A stretch of 61,460 bases of DNA, the filler included, from Rhabdomonas costata (lineage: Eukaryota): assembly GCA_019059605.1 (NCBI GenBank). It is 23 parts of 23 records of this genome, joined end to end, with 100 filler letters (N's around TTAATTAATTAA, not from the genome) between each part and the next. Parts side by side here need not be neighbours in the genome. Positions count along the whole stretch, not along the records: positions 1 to 2,575 come from JAHMHO010002782.1; positions 2,676 to 5,251 come from JAHMHO010002783.1; positions 5,352 to 7,926 come from JAHMHO010002784.1; positions 8,027 to 10,597 come from JAHMHO010002785.1; positions 10,698 to 13,273 come from JAHMHO010002786.1; 18 more parts are not named here. One strand, given 5' to 3'. The notes beneath the pieces are model-generated. The model saw only the letters and a list, made by a program, of their open reading frames with translations. It was not told where the DNA came from and searched no databases. The position numbers were made by a program, and so were the translations under genes. Below, in pieces: positions 1 to 13,200 of the stretch (positions within the stretch are counted from its first letter, which is position 1; each line of letters opens with the position of its first letter).

Positions 1-2100
1 GGTTGTGATTCATTCATTCAACTGACTAAACTAAACACAAAACCTCAAATTCCCATTTTCCTTCGGTACAAACAGCACTAGTAGACGTGGCTGGCTCAAT
101 GAACCATAACTCTTGCAAACTTTTAAGCTGCTTCTTTAGCTCCACATCTTCCGCTGGAGACATCCTATACAACCTTTGCGCTTGGATCTTGCTGTCAGTA
201 TTCAGATCAATCCTGTGATACGTCTTCCTCGCTGTCGGCAAACCATCTGGAACTTTCTCTGTAAAGATGTCTGCTAACTACCTATTTAATTACTCAATCT
301 CTGGTGGTGTGGGAACTACAGCACATGTGGTGCCGCACACATTGTGGTCCATCTCATTGATCAGATTCATCACCTCTTTACTCGTCATCGTTGTCTTCAT
401 ACCTCGTTATCGTTGTCTTCTACTTTGTTTCTTATGCACTTGCCACTGCTCATTGATATTCCACCGTAGTCACGACTTCCTCCACCTCACTTTCTGCTGC
501 TCCTTCGTTCTCAACCATCTCTTGGAGCAATGAAATCTCGGTGGATGGTACACTCCCAACACCTTCACCAGTCTCCATCAGCTTAGTGTCAACCGCTTGT
601 TCATACCGTGAACTCTCCACTGAAAAACTGAGAACGGTGGTCTTCATCTCGCTCATGTGTGGCCCCATCTCAATCTCCATCTTCCCACATTCACTGAAAC
701 TGACTTCCACCATCCTTTAACTCGGCTTCCAACATTCCAGTTGTGGGCAATGTGATACAAAAAGAGTCTGCTGCCGAAATCGCCTGGATCTCGTAAATCA
801 TCCCCTCTCTCCAAACACGAACCAACATCTTCCGCCAATCAATGCGCTGCTGCAACCTTGCCAGGAACTGGTACCCAGCACCACTGTTATCGCTGTCTGT
901 AAATTCACTGGCATCTGTCCGAACCTGACCTAAACTCTAACAAAGTGCGCCAAACGCAAACCTGCACATTGGCTACTCTCACTGTCAACTTCTGCTGCAC
1001 GGGGTTACGTGCAACCTCAACTCGCCAAAGACATCTTGACTAATGAAGAGTAGTACGCACCTGAGTTGATCAATGCTCGCACTTTTTAGTACCAATTACC
1101 AAAGGTAGGAACAACAACGGCTGAGTTTACGGCGGTTCGGCAAATCTTCAAGCAAGCCACTCCACTCTCGTTCTGTCCTCTGAAACGGCAATACGAACAA
1201 CTGTACTGAACAGCTACTCTCACCACCACGAATGCTGGAAGCAGATCTGCTCTCTTCATCATGCCAACTCTCACTAATCCATACATAATAATGTTACCAC
1301 AACAAACAAAACCTCAACTTCTGCGGAGATCTGGCGTCCTACAGTCCTGATCGAGCAAACGGAAATTTCTTACCAGGCTCCAGAGAACTCGCTGGCACTT
1401 GTGGTCTCGGCAGTTGCCTCTGTACTGGCGTGGTCGGAATTCTCCGTCTCCCACCTCGTCCTGATGAAGGCGGTCTCGCAAACCAGTACCATCAACTACG
1501 CCCAAAGCATTTTCCTCGGAAGCTACTATCCACCCTTCCAAAGATATGCCTGAAATTCGGCGAGTGGCTTATTGCTGCGTTGAGCTGCGGCTCGCGGGTG
1601 TTTGTAAACATTACTGATTGTGGGGGAACAGTTGTCGCTAACTGTGGTCTAGTTCTTGAAATTGACAGAAAGAGATTTGGGAATTCCATGAATCACTGAG
1701 ATGCTCACTAAACCGTACGAAAACTTCGAAGCGAAGGAATGTTCCATCGGTTTTCTCAGAGACGCTTCTGGTGCAATGACTTGTGTCTGGGGTCTCGGCT
1801 TGCAATAATAATCCCAGGCTTTTTCAATTGCTTCTTCTATTGCTGATCATCATCCATCACCTTTGCGTGGATGTACCACTCCAGAGGAAAGATTTTTAAC
1901 GCACAACACTTCACCCAATTACGCAATTTTCAACATCCTACTCCAACACGTCAAACAGATTAAAAAGACCCAAAACACTTTCAGCGCTCTTTTTTATTCT
2001 TCGATGTATAAAGTCTCAAAGATTCCTAGAAGCAACCTTCTTCAAAATCCGCGGCATGCTCGACAATTACCACATTGCCTCGGAATCTGCCGAGCTTCTT
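1..2100 (-). mobile_element. Degenerate Ty3/Gypsy-type LTR retrotransposon internal region (gag-PR-RT remnants)
   Basis: Minus strand: RT N-terminus YHRIDL..QRLYRMSPAEDVELKKQLKSLQELWFIEP (26-241); aspartic protease motif KVRALINSGA (~1056-1085, catalytic D reads N); gag-like AIEEAIEKAWD (~1812-1843). Order gag-PR-RT with many stops and frameshifts. Boundaries approximate. Confidence 0.8.
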
Positions 2101-2430
2101 AGAAATTCATTGATCCACCGTGTTCTACTCGTCAAACTCTCTCAAGATAGTTCTTTTACGAATGCAAACTCCTCCGCTCTTCAACCTGCTGGTTGGGATT
2201 TGGTTTTTTCCCTCTGCTCAGTTTCCTACTGAGCCTCCGGCGCTCCAACTCTAGGAAAACCTCCTCTCACCTCGATCACCTCGAGTCACCTTACGGTGCC
2301 GGAATGCACTAACCACCACATTCGGGAACATACGCAACGCAGTGGAGTATGCGACCAGAAATAATAAGCATTTTTTTATTCATTTCGTACATACCGGCAT
2401 CTGAGTGTAAGATGGTGATTGATGGTGGTG

Positions 2431-2575
2431 GTTTTTATGGAAAGTATCGGCATCGTACACATTAGGGTATGTTATACGCACTCTTGTGCCACTATCATCA
2501 CTTGGATGGGGGCACAAGAGTGCGTATAACATACCCTAATGTGTACGATGCCGATACTTTCCATAAAAACCCACA
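2431..2575. repeat. Contig-terminal fold-back inverted repeat (~60 bp arms), likely amplification artefact
   Basis: gtttttatggaaag...ctcttgtgcc (2431-2490) is the reverse complement of ggcacaagag...ccataaaaac (2511-2570); it ends at the contig end. Confidence 0.9.
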
Positions 2576-2675
2576 NNNNNNNNNNNNNNNNNNNNNNNNN
2601 NNNNNNNNNNNNNNNNNNNTTAATTAATTAANNNNNNNNNNNNNNNNNNNNNNNNNNNNNNNNNNNNNNNNNNNN
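2576..2675. other. Artificial contig linker (N44 + TTAATTAATTAA + N44); first of 22 identical linkers
   Basis: The same 100-nt spacer recurs every ~2.67 kb (2576, 5252, 7927, 10598, 13274, 16011 ... 58790). TTAATTAATTAA gives stops in all six frames. Confidence 0.99.
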
Positions 2676-3388
2676 GTCAGCGCGGGTTGGTGTGTCACTG
2701 CTTGGTGGGGAAGCCTTGCGAGCACGCAGTGAATGTTGGATCTACAGCTGCCATCGCCACCAAAGCTGGGGCTGCCCTGTCTGAATTGCAACCTTCCCGC
2801 AAACTAAAGCTTTCGGGCCTAACTCCGATACAAGCATTAACCAGCACGCGTTTGAACTTTAGGACCTTTTGGGGGTCATTCGGGGAGTGGGGGCTTTTGG
2901 GCCGCGGCACACTGAACCGTTTGGCATGTGGCACACACGGGGCGCTGCCAGTGTGCCAGCTAACTCGTATGCCACGCCAGCAAAACCCAGAAGGCCTCTG
3001 GAGCATATGCAGACCGAAGCACTTCCGGAGCACTATGCGGTGAGAGTTTACTTCTCCTTGGCTCTCCCAAGGCTTATGCCAAGCACGAAGGGCCTACAGG
3101 TTCAAAGCTCTTAATAAGGCTGCTGTATCGCGGTTGATTATGACCGTACACATCGCCGGACGGGGCAGGAGTTTGACGGAAAGAAGAGGGACCCCATTGG
3201 GCTCAATATTCCCTTGGGTACAATCTGCGTCGCCCCTATTTCTGGTCGTGAGTCGACGTCCTTCTTCCCTTCCAGTACTCTGGGAAACCCTCTTTCCCCT
3301 TTTGTTGCACTCTTGCACCATATGTGAGGAGCGCACTTCAAATCAAGGTTGTTTCCGAACTCACTCCCCTGTGCGCGTACGTGTGAAG

Positions 3389-5223
3389 GATTGCGAAGGA
3401 TGAGATGGCCCTAGGGCTGAAGCGCCTCAACCGCGTGATCGAGATGGCGGAGTTTTCCCACACTTGGGGCGGCTCCGACGAGGAGGGCGGGGTGGAGCCC
3501 TTCGCGATTCTGTCCGAGGCGGACTTCGACGCGCAGATCGACAGCTGGATCAGCAAGCTGTTCACGGAGTTTGATCTGGTGTGTGGTGCGTGCGCGCGCA
3601 AGCAGAGGGCAACTAAACCCCTTCACCCCATGAAATCAGAAGTTGGAGAGTGGGTAGGGTTTTGATCACCCGCTTTGCGAGACAACTAACCTGCACAGGT
3701 TGAAAAGTAGTCAGTATTCGGATGCTCAACAGAGCGCCCCTTCTCTCCCTCCCTTCCAGAAGTCTCCAGTGTCCCCCCGTCTGGTACGGAAATCTGCAGT
3801 TCCTTGTTCTCGCCTGGGCGCTAGAGCGCGGAATTCTGCACTGTTTGCCCTTATCTTTGCTTTGCGATCGGCACTTTTTTGTGAAGGGTCCTATTCAGGT
3901 GCAAATAAGATTTGGTTCCCTGCAGTCGAGCATAAGGAGGCATTTAAGATCAATGGTAAAGAAGACGTCAGGGGCAACCCATTGCATCACCTTAGCGTTT
4001 CGAGAGCCCAATGCAAAAGGCTTCGGGCCCGCCTTGCCCAGAAAACTTTGCTTTTTGGAGGATTTGTTGCGCTGCCGTGCTGCCCCGCGCCGCTCCGCAG
4101 AAGGGCAGTGAGCAGCTGGACATGGAGGAGTTCACGGCGGCCGCAAAGCGGCATCCCTTTCTTCTCACCCTGAGCTCTAGGTTTGCCTTATCCTCTGTTC
4201 CCCCGTTGCGTCTCTGACACTGTGTGTGTGGCGTCATAGGGCCCGCGTCGTTTCCAAGCTGAAGTGAGAAGTGAAGGCCACATCCGGCACCGCCACGCAC
4301 GTGAGAAGAAAATGGCGGGAATTGGTAGAAGAGCTCACACGATCGCTCATGTCTTTTGAGACAACCGGTGACGCAACAAAAGTGCAAGAAGATCTGTGAA
4401 TAAAGTCTCGACAAGTTTGAAATATGAACCGAAAATTACATAGCTTCTATTCCGCACGATGAGGCCATTCTAACCCACGTTGCACAGGAGGAAGTTTTTT
4501 CCTCATCAAATCCCATGAGAGTCCAGAAAAGTGGTGACGTGGTGCAATATTTCACCTCTCAGAATTGGATCGATCCATGTAAGCTGGAAAAGGCAAGCTT
4601 TGTCACCCTCTCTTTTTCAGCTAAAGAAAAGTCCTGCACACAGTGCACTTTTTCTGTCGTTTCAGATGGCGCACGCCCGCTGTGGTGCGTTTCCTTAAAG
4701 GAGCTGGGATGGAAATAGACTTTCGCACTTGTTGAGGGGGAAAGCCTGGCGAACAGTGCTGTATTTGAATTGCTTGCTTGGATAAGCTTGCGACGAAACT
4801 TGTTCATCCAAATAAAAGGACTGATCTGCAAGGGGTATGGGGGATGGGAGCAGGATGAAGTGCGACAAGCCCAACTGGAACCACACCAAATGCTGCTGGG
4901 AGAAAGCTAAGGAAAACCGAAAAACTGCATAACAACACAACGGTGCCTTCCCCGCACCTCTCCCTATGTTATGTCTATTTTTTTTGGTCGGTACAGGAGT
5001 TATAAATTGAGAGGCCCTTTGAGAGGCTGGAGGGGTTGGGGCCAGGAGATTTCCAGCTTCAGCAAAATCACCTTGATTCACTTGTTGTTTTTCCATTAGG
5101 CTGCTGGAGGGCCCAGCGAGCTTCCTGCTTGGAGGATGCGTCGGAGCCTGCCCCCCGATTTCAAGTTCACATCGCTCCTGTACGTCATCGGGTTCGGGCT
5201 TTTACTTTCCCGCCCGATCTTGA
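3389..5223 (+). CDS. EF-hand calcium-binding protein (NCS/calcineurin-B-like), 5'-partial; exons ~3389-3578, 4101-4180, 5100-5223
   Basis: GT-AG joins give IAKDEMALGLKRL...IDSWISKLFTEFDL|KGSEQLDMEEFTAAAKRHPFLL, an EF-hand loop split by an intron. Last exon tentative. Confidence 0.7.
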
Positions 5224-5351
5224 TGGCTCTACACTTCCCAACCCCACACAANNNNNNNNNNNNNNNNNNNNNNNNNNNNNNNNNNNNNNNNNNNNTTAAT
5301 TAATTAANNNNNNNNNNNNNNNNNNNNNNNNNNNNNNNNNNNNNNNNNNNN

Positions 5352-7926
5352 GGTTTTGTGTACTGGTTTGCTTGTAGTGTGTCAGATGGCTTGTGGTACG
5401 GTGCTGCTTTGGTTGGTGCTGGGTGGATGCTGCTTCTTTTTTGATGCTCGGTATGGTGGTGCGTGGAGGTGCGGTGTAGGTGTCGAGGGTTGCTATGGTG
5501 TCAAAATGGGTCAGAGTTGCTAGGGTGGTGTGTATGCTGATGGTGTTATGGGTTCGGTGTAGTTGGTGGTACAAGCGGGTTTGAGCGTGCTTCTGTGGTG
5601 CATGGTGTCGAATGTGGGGTGCAGTGGTGTGGAGGTTGCGTTGGTGATTGTGGTCATCGTAGGGTTGAAGCTTGGGTGTGGGATCGGTGCGTGGTTGCTT
5701 GTTTTGTTGTAGGTGCTTTGGGAGTGTGTCTGGTGTGCTCATGGCTTAGTTGTGTTCCTTGGTGTGTTGTGGTGCATTGGTTCTGGTGATGTCGGGTGTT
5801 GGGTTCTGTGGGTTGCAAGTATTTGGTGCGTGTGCTATGGTCTCTGCTGCTGTCATGGTAGCCTTGTGTCTGGGTGGACATGGTAGCCTTGTGGAGTGGT
5901 GTTTGGTGTCAAGGGGTGCATTGGTGGGTTAGGTTGCTGCGTCTTCCTGTGTATTGGTATCGCTATTTGTGTGTTGTGGTGCTTCTGTGGGGCTTGCGTT
6001 CGTGGTTGTAGCGTTTCTGTCTATTTAGACGATTCTATGGGTAGTGTTGCATTCTTCTGTGGGTTCGTGTGTGGCTCCTATCGTTTCTTTCTATCCGGCT
6101 TTGTGTTCCAAAGTTAGCATCCAGGTGTCGGGTTCCTCGCGCGTATGTTATTATTGTATTTTTCTGTAGGGTATGGTGTAGTGTAGTGTAGTGGAGTGGA
6201 GTGGAGTAGGGTGTGTTGGCTGGTGTTGGTGTCCCTGTTGGTGTTGGTATCAACCATGCTCACTGTTTCGGTATACCATGCTCTCTGTCTCCGTGTCTGT
6301 CTCAACCATGCTCTCCGTAAAACATGCTCTCAGGTTCTGTGTCCGTTAACCGTATCCGTTAACCATGCCGCTTCTGTGTCCGGTGTTCTTGCTCCTGTTG
6401 TTTGTGCTCTCGTTGTTATATTGCTTGTTGCGTGCTGTGTTGATGCTACGATGGTTAATGACTCTGTTGATGTGCTTTGGTTGGAGGGTGTGTTGCAGTT
6501 GGTGGGTAGTGGTGTCGATGCTTCCGTTGTTAGTGCTTCTGTAGTGCACGTTGATGGTTCCTGCGTTCCTCTCAGGGTGTGTTTGTTGCAGTTGGGGAGA
6601 ATGGGTTCGTGTGTCGGAGTGTGATGGTTGATGCTAGTGCTGAGTTGGTGCATGTTGCTTTCTCTGTTGCTGGTGTTGTGGGTGTGGTGGTTCGAGGCGC
6701 TGAGTGTGTTGGTGTGTTGAGTGGTGACGTTGATGCTGTGGTGGAGTGCTGGGTTTACGCTGCTGTGTCTGTTCCTTCTCTGTGTGTTCCAATTCATTCA
6801 ACCATGTTCTCTGTTTCTAGTGCGTAGGATGTGGTTGGTGATGGTGTCTTGGCTGGTATGGTGGATGTGGAGGGTAGCTTTGATGTTGTGCTTGATGTTG
6901 TGCTTTCTTCAAATGGTAGAGGGATGGTGGAAGGTGATGCGTGGATTTGAGTGGCTGTGGATGTGATGGTTGGTGACGTGATGGTTTCTAGCTCTAGTGG
7001 TGTACTTGGTTATGCTGGTGTCTGTAATGCTTCTGTAAGGCTTCTGTGTGTGGATTATGAGTGCTGTGTTTCTGAGGGCGTAGGGATGGTGGAAGGTGTT
7101 ACGTGTTGGAGTAGAGAGGTGATCGAAGGGTAGAGTGTCAACATCCAACCAGATGTGCATGTTTTTGATTGGTTCCTTCTACCGCTGGTGCCTTTCTTCT
7201 ACGCAAGGCTCCACTCCTACGTCGTGACCCGTGCTTCAATGCCTTTACTGTACGAGGTGTTCCTTGATGCTTGTATGCTACTCCGCTACCGCTACCTCTC
7301 CGTGACCTCTATCTTACATCCTACTACTGTCATGCCTCGTTCCTCGACATGCCCTTCGTTTCAAAGCGTAATGGTGTATTCTTGCTGTGGATACGCCAGG
7401 ACGGAGCATCCTGTAAGCCACTTATGGGGGATAAATGATGCGTAGTGACAGGTGGGTGGTTCACGATGTCGGTGTGTCTCGCTACGCTCGTCATCCCTCC
7501 TAGATGTTGTATGCTACTCGCTACGCTCGTGTTGTATTGTCATTCACTACGTTCATGCCTCCTGTATTTACGTCCTCAGTTGCTACGCTCCTTCGATGCT
7601 GTTATCCTGTCGGCATTCGCGAGAGGTCGCTGAGACCTACATACCATGTCCTGATGCTGTTGAACGGTTGAGTGTGAAGGAGCGTAACCATCATTGTGGT
7701 TGTGGAGCGACCTGCTGATGGTCATGGTGGTTGGAGTGGAAATGATCATAGAAGGAACGTAATCGTGCTTATGCAGGTGGAGTGACGATCCGCATGCATA
7801 CGTTGTAGTGGAAGTGGAGTAACGACTCTTGTGGAGATGCGCTCCAACCTACATAACCCACCGCACTCTTACGCTTCCCCTACTATGTTGGTTGAAGTTC
7901 ACGATGAATAAGAACACGAAACGTAG
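5352..7926. other. Low-complexity, strongly G+T-skewed contig; unassigned repeat-like DNA
   Basis: Plus strand dominated by G/T; (GTGTA)n/(GTGGA)n at ~6176-6208; recurring ACCATGCTC motif at 6253-6370; no recognisable protein. Confidence 0.5.
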
Positions 7927-8026
7927 NNNNNNNNNNNNNNNNNNNNNNNNNNNNNNNNNNNNNNNNNNNNTTAATTAATTAANNNNNNNNNNNNNNNNNN
8001 NNNNNNNNNNNNNNNNNNNNNNNNNN

Positions 8027-8170
8027 TTTTGTTTGTTGGTTGCCCAAACCTTCGTTCCGTGAACGTGGGCGTGTGCAAGAGGTTGACATCTCAGCAGCAT
8101 CGCCACACTGGACGGGGTCAACCTCTTGCACACGCCCACGTTCACGGAACGAAGGTTTGGGCAACCAACA
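8027..8170. repeat. Contig-terminal fold-back inverted repeat inside LRR coding sequence (artefact)
   Basis: 8034-8088 is the reverse complement of 8117-8170, so GCPNLRSVNVGVCKRLT is encoded on both strands. Confidence 0.9.
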
Positions 8171-9029
8171 GCCAAGGCTTCGACCGCATCATCGGTGATC
8201 ATAAAGCAGCGCCCCAGGCTCAGCACCGTCAGCGCTGTGCAGTGGCTTGCCAGCAGCACAACGGAGGCATCCGTGATGCCCCCCAAGCCGTGCAGGTCGA
8301 GCGAGGTCAGTGTCTCGCAGCTAGGGAATAAGGGCGCAAGCTCCTGATCTCCAAGGCAGTCCAGACCGGCGAGGTTCAGAGTATGGAGTCTGGGCCGGTG
8401 GGCGGCAACCGCTTCAATGGCGCGGGCATCCATTCCCGTGCAAAGCCCAAGATCCAGCGACTGCAGAGCCTTGCATGAGGAGACTAAAGCCTCTACAGAC
8501 TTAAATGTCAAACGACGGCACTCGCTAAGGTCTGTGTGCTTGATCTTTGGGCAGGCGAGGGCCAGACCCTCAATGGCAGCATCGGTGAGGTCGGCACAGC
8601 CCCGGAGGCTCACCTCAGTGAGAGCGGGACACCGGCGCAGAAGGGCAATCACGAGCTTGTCACGAGCCTTTCGGGAAAACTGCAGGTTAAGGCTCTGAAG
8701 GAAGGGCCACTGAGCCTCGAAGGTGGAGAAAAAGTACTTGCACAGCCGCCTGAAGCCCGAGGAGACCACAGAGCCACACGCACAAAATATCCACTTTGGG
8801 TGTGGGAAATAAATCAAAAAAGATCTACCTCAACTGCATAAGCTGGCTTGCAGGAAGATGGCCAAGTAAGACTGTCCAGCAGTCTATGGGGAGCCGGAAG
8901 ATGTAGGCCGTTGGCTGAGACGAGCTGCAAAAAAAGTGACCAGCACAAATTCGCAAGGAATGGTCCCGAGCAGCGCCTCAAACAGGCAAAAAATTGCAAA
9001 AAAGGAGACCTGCACTGCGCGGTGCTCAT
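8089..9029 (-). CDS. F-box/LRR-repeat protein (FBXL/AMN1-type cysteine-containing LRR), 3'-partial; exons 9029-9010, 8924-8829, 8749-~8089
   Basis: Phase-compatible GT-AG joins give MSTAQCSSSQPTAYIFRLPIDCWTVLLGHLPASQLMQLRRLCKYFF (F-box), then ~26-aa LRR_CC repeats (CPALTEVSLRGCADLTDAAIEGLA; CTALTVLSLGRCFMITDDAVEALA). Confidence 0.9.
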
Positions 9030-9680
9030 TCTTATCCGGATTAGAAAAAAGGAAAGGGCTGCACAAACGAGCAGGAACTCGCTTTTTTTTTTGCTTTGGG
9101 GCGATTGAAAATGCTGTTGTTGGGCGAGTGGTCCAGAAACGTTACCTCCCAATAGAATTTTCCTTTGGAAAGGTCACACACAACGTTAATATCAGCACAA
9201 AAAAGACTCCCTTCTACAGAACTCACTGTCGTTTTATTTGAGTGAGCCAACACCAACCACCGCGAAAAGCGTTGTTTCCCCCGTTTTTTTAGCCTTTGAT
9301 TTATCCTTGTAAGCAAGTGGGGCGACATCACGGCGGACCATTCCGCCGAGGGCTGGTGGGTGGGGAACCCTTGATAGTGCTAAGCAATCAAACTGGTGAG
9401 AGCACGGGCTGATGAACTTTGTTAGCAAACCCTAGGTGTATTCTTTTCGTGACTGCACCCAGCAGCCCTTTACTTCTTGACCTGCATTGTCTTTCTCATC
9501 GCGTATGATATTACAACTTATTACAACAGGTAGTTCAGAGCAGGAAGCAAAGGAAGCGTGGGAAGGTGGGAAGGGAGCGTGTGCTACGCAGGAGAGGAGG
9601 GGAGAACGTACAAAAAGGGTGGTGCTAGTGGTGGCGGTGGTGTGGAGGGACAAAAAAAAGAAAGAGGCTTTTTGGAAGAC

Positions 9681-10273
9681 CGCTGGAGATGAGACTCCAG
9701 GCATGCCGCTGTCCATCAGCACGGCGACGGCGTGGGATGCGATGTCCCTGAGCCCACATGCGAGCTCCTGGGGGTTGTGTCGGAGGGCGAAATGACACAG
9801 CACCACTAACAGGGTCAGGGCGGAGCGCCGTAGGAAGGGAACCTCGGCCAGTACCTGCGCCGGCGTGAACAACGGAATGCAATGGAATGGAAGAACTCGA
9901 GGGAAATCCGATCTCATCCATTGAGATCGGACCGCAATACGGAACTCACAGGAGCCGGAGAGGAAGAGGAATTGCGGTTGCCGAACAAGAGATGATGCCC
10001 ATATCGTGAAACCCATCGCACAGGGTTGGCGGGTTTTGGTCTTCTGCTGCAACACGAGCCCCAACGACAAGCGACCAGCCGGTGAAAAAGTAAAAAAGAA
10101 AAAAGTGAAAAAGGAAGCCAAATGAACCGGAATTTCCCCCTTATTGTATGAAAATTGGTGTATGTGCGCTCGAGGGCCTGAAGGCAGAGCTGCACAAGCG
10201 GCCGCAACACGAAGGAACGGGTCACCCCGGCAGGGCCCAGGCAGTGCATCACCACCCGCACCCCACAAAAGGC
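9681..10273 (-). CDS. Helical (HEAT/ARM-like) protein fragment; exons 10273-10178, 9854-9681
   Basis: GC-rich exons of 96 and 174 nt with AG acceptors join in phase 0 via a GC donor: ...LRPLVQLCLQ|VLAEVPFLRRSALTLLVVLCHF. Family assignment is weak. Confidence 0.45.
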
Positions 10274-13200
10274 CTGAAAGCTGAGAAAGCCCAAAGGAAA
10301 ATATTATAATGGGCACCGCGCCCTGGCTCCTTCATCAAATCCCAGGGTCCCAGATCACAGCAATCGGATGCTAATTTCTTGTAACCAGAAATCAAGAAAA
10401 ATATGATGCAAGTGCAGTGAGCTCGAGCTGCAAAAAAAAAAATGAGAAAACGTCGCAGAGAAATCCTTGGTACCAGGTACACGGCGAATCAAATGGCTGA
10501 ACCCGGCGACATCATAACTACATTGTTATGGATAACAATACCACCACCACCACCACCACCACCGACACACACACACACACACGCGCGCTCGCGCGGGNNN
10601 NNNNNNNNNNNNNNNNNNNNNNNNNNNNNNNNNNNNNNNNNTTAATTAATTAANNNNNNNNNNNNNNNNNNNNNNNNNNNNNNNNNNNNNNNNNNNNTTG
10701 ATTATTTCCAGTCCCAGATTTCACTTCCCACACTCAATCTTCAATCTGGCGTCCTTCCTGCACTGTCATCGCTGTAATTGAACCAGCGCTTTTGTGGTAG
10801 GTCCAAAATGGAGTATAAATTCCAATGTGCATAAAACAGTGTGAGCTACTGGACAACGTTTGGAACTTAGGTCTCGGATTCGAAAACGTCAAATATGTTT
10901 CGCTCAGCTCAGTAACAATGGCTTTTTGACAAGCATTGCGGATCTAATTGTTATGTTGATTGATGTACTGCCACGCTTCTTGGTAGATAATCTCCATATG
11001 GTTGGTCATTTTTGCATACTCTCTTGCTCAGCTCTTTCGTTTTTGTCCTTCAGATGGTTAATGGTCCAAAATAGGCATTCCACACCTACACAATCGCTGA
11101 CTCCAACGTTTCAAGTTTTCTGAAAAATACGTTTCTGAAAACTCCACGAATAGTGGTGAAATTCATGCGGTTGGCTAGTTATCTATTAATGGTGGATAAT
11201 GGTGGATAATGCTTGCAATATTGGAAATACTCTATAATGGAAGTACAGAATTGTTTTGTCGTGTGTCGACTTCGATAATGTTGGCCAACTGGCGTCCTTG
11301 TATGTGGTTATTAATAACACCTAACAAGCCAAAAATGAGCCAAATATACTTAGTTTTTATAGCCATGGTATGTCGCATTCTCGCACATGTTTGGTATTTA
11401 GCGGCAGTGAACAAAACAATCTTTTCATTTCATTCCATGTTTTCAGTTTTCGATAATCATTCACAATATCTTAGATATTATAAAGCGTAATAATTGGCAA
11501 AAAGAAATTATTTACCACACAGGGGGAGTACAAAGGTAACAGATTGCCGAAAAAAGCAATTGATAGGCTCAACCCAACGTAATCCACATGATTCAGCACG
11601 GGTACTATCTGTTTGATTCTTCCATACCAATGAAAGTTTAGTAAACAGCTCAATCAGCTCCAAGTCTTTTTACTTTTGCACTACCTCGTGACACTCGTTT
11701 ATTAAATTACTCCAACGGTGGTCACCTTAACCCAACATGATCACCTCAAACTATCCATACACGGTCAAAAGAATTAAACTAATTGGCTTTCAAAACATTT
11801 TAGAAAAATCCAACTAAAAAATGAGTTGAACTGTGTAATTGAGTTGCAGTTAGACGGTTTTAATGATTCTTATTATGATGTTTGATACAAATTAACATAT
11901 TCAGCACGCAAACGTGATTTGTGCCAATAGCAACTAAAATTCAAAAAGTTTCAGAGGCCAATGCATTCCGGTTTTTCTTCATGCGCCATGTATGGCTGAC
12001 ACTTCCACACCACCGCACTTACTGGTACTTAGTTTTATCATTCACTGAACCATTTTATGTTGTAAAGAATGGTATTTACTCAAAAACTATTTGAAACTAT
12101 TCCTATTCTACATCGTGTTACTGGATTATCAGAAACACCAGAGAGCTGTACAAACCCAAACTGGAGAGAATACACAAAATGTAATGTAAATGCGGAATTT
12201 AAAACAGGTCCACAGACTTGCTCCATATACTTCTAATTTAACGTTTCAGAATTTACTCTCATGAGGATATTGTAAAATTAAACCCGTGTAACATCTGCGC
12301 CACGGGTCATTTAAAGTAGAAAACTCACAATGTTTACCAATTGCTTTTTGTTAATGCGTTGCTAAACTGAGACTAACTTATTAATTTGTTTGTTTCACCT
12401 CAACTGCGCATGCATAATTTATCCGTAAAATGATGATACTCATTTGAATCTGTATCTTGTCCCTTTATTATCACAACTGTTGTATAATTGCCATGATGTT
12501 TCGATTTTATAATTGCTTCAATACAACATTACCACTACGATAATAATTTTCCAAATACCTGGTACTATGATAATGGCCCTCATGGACACGGTTATTTAGC
12601 ACGGCCCACGTTGCCACAAGGATTTGAGTCAATGGCTTCTCATCTACGATGGCGCGCTTAAATTATTTCCTAAATCTTCTTTTTGGTACCACGAGCGAAT
12701 ACAATGTGAGGCAAACGCCACAAAATAGACTTTCTTTTGGCACTTGTAACATTAACGTACGACCATGATCCTCGAAAAATAAGATGACTGCATCTCTTTG
12801 AACGTGAACTCCATCAGCGAGTTTGCATGTTCTTTCACATCAGATGCCACGTGTTAAACAAAAACGTAAAATTAGTATCTTTCAAAGAACGTTTATTTCT
12901 CCACTGAACAACTTTAAAGTGTCAAACAGGTGTCAAACTCTATACACAGAAGCACACATAATCTGAAGTTTATAATTTACAAGTGAATGGAACTAAAACA
13001 AAACACGCAAGCTTGACCACAAAACCTGACTTCAAACATTCATACACTCGGCATTTTAGACGGATGTGCAGTTCAGTGTCATGCAACTGTGACCTCGGCC
13101 AAAAGTTTAGGAATGTTACGAGCGTAGCAGACATTTTACAGCACATCAGTGCTTGGGCACATGCGAACGTATAGAGGCCGCAGTTATCCAATCTACTGGT

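Noticed and set aside
2340-2360. TGGTCGCA (minus strand) as primer-binding site of the Gypsy element
   Set aside because: No adjacent LTR ending in CA, and no second LTR in the contig to confirm it.
2431-2575. Terminal hairpins as telomere-like ends, terminators or TE TIRs (also 8027, 13198, 21457, 53289, 53551)
   Set aside because: Always at contig ends, sequence-unrelated to each other, and one duplicates LRR coding sequence in reverse; typical amplification fold-backs.
8750-8828. Apparent GT...TC non-canonical intron in the F-box
   Set aside because: A canonical acceptor (ttcag at 8754-8750) gives LMQLRRLCKYF, a good F-box; ordinary GT-AG.
10698-11009. Stop-codon reassignment suggested by in-frame TAG/TGA in a protein-like frame
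   Set aside because: Different stop types plus frameshifts indicate decay; recognised genes end at TGA/TAA and have no internal stops.
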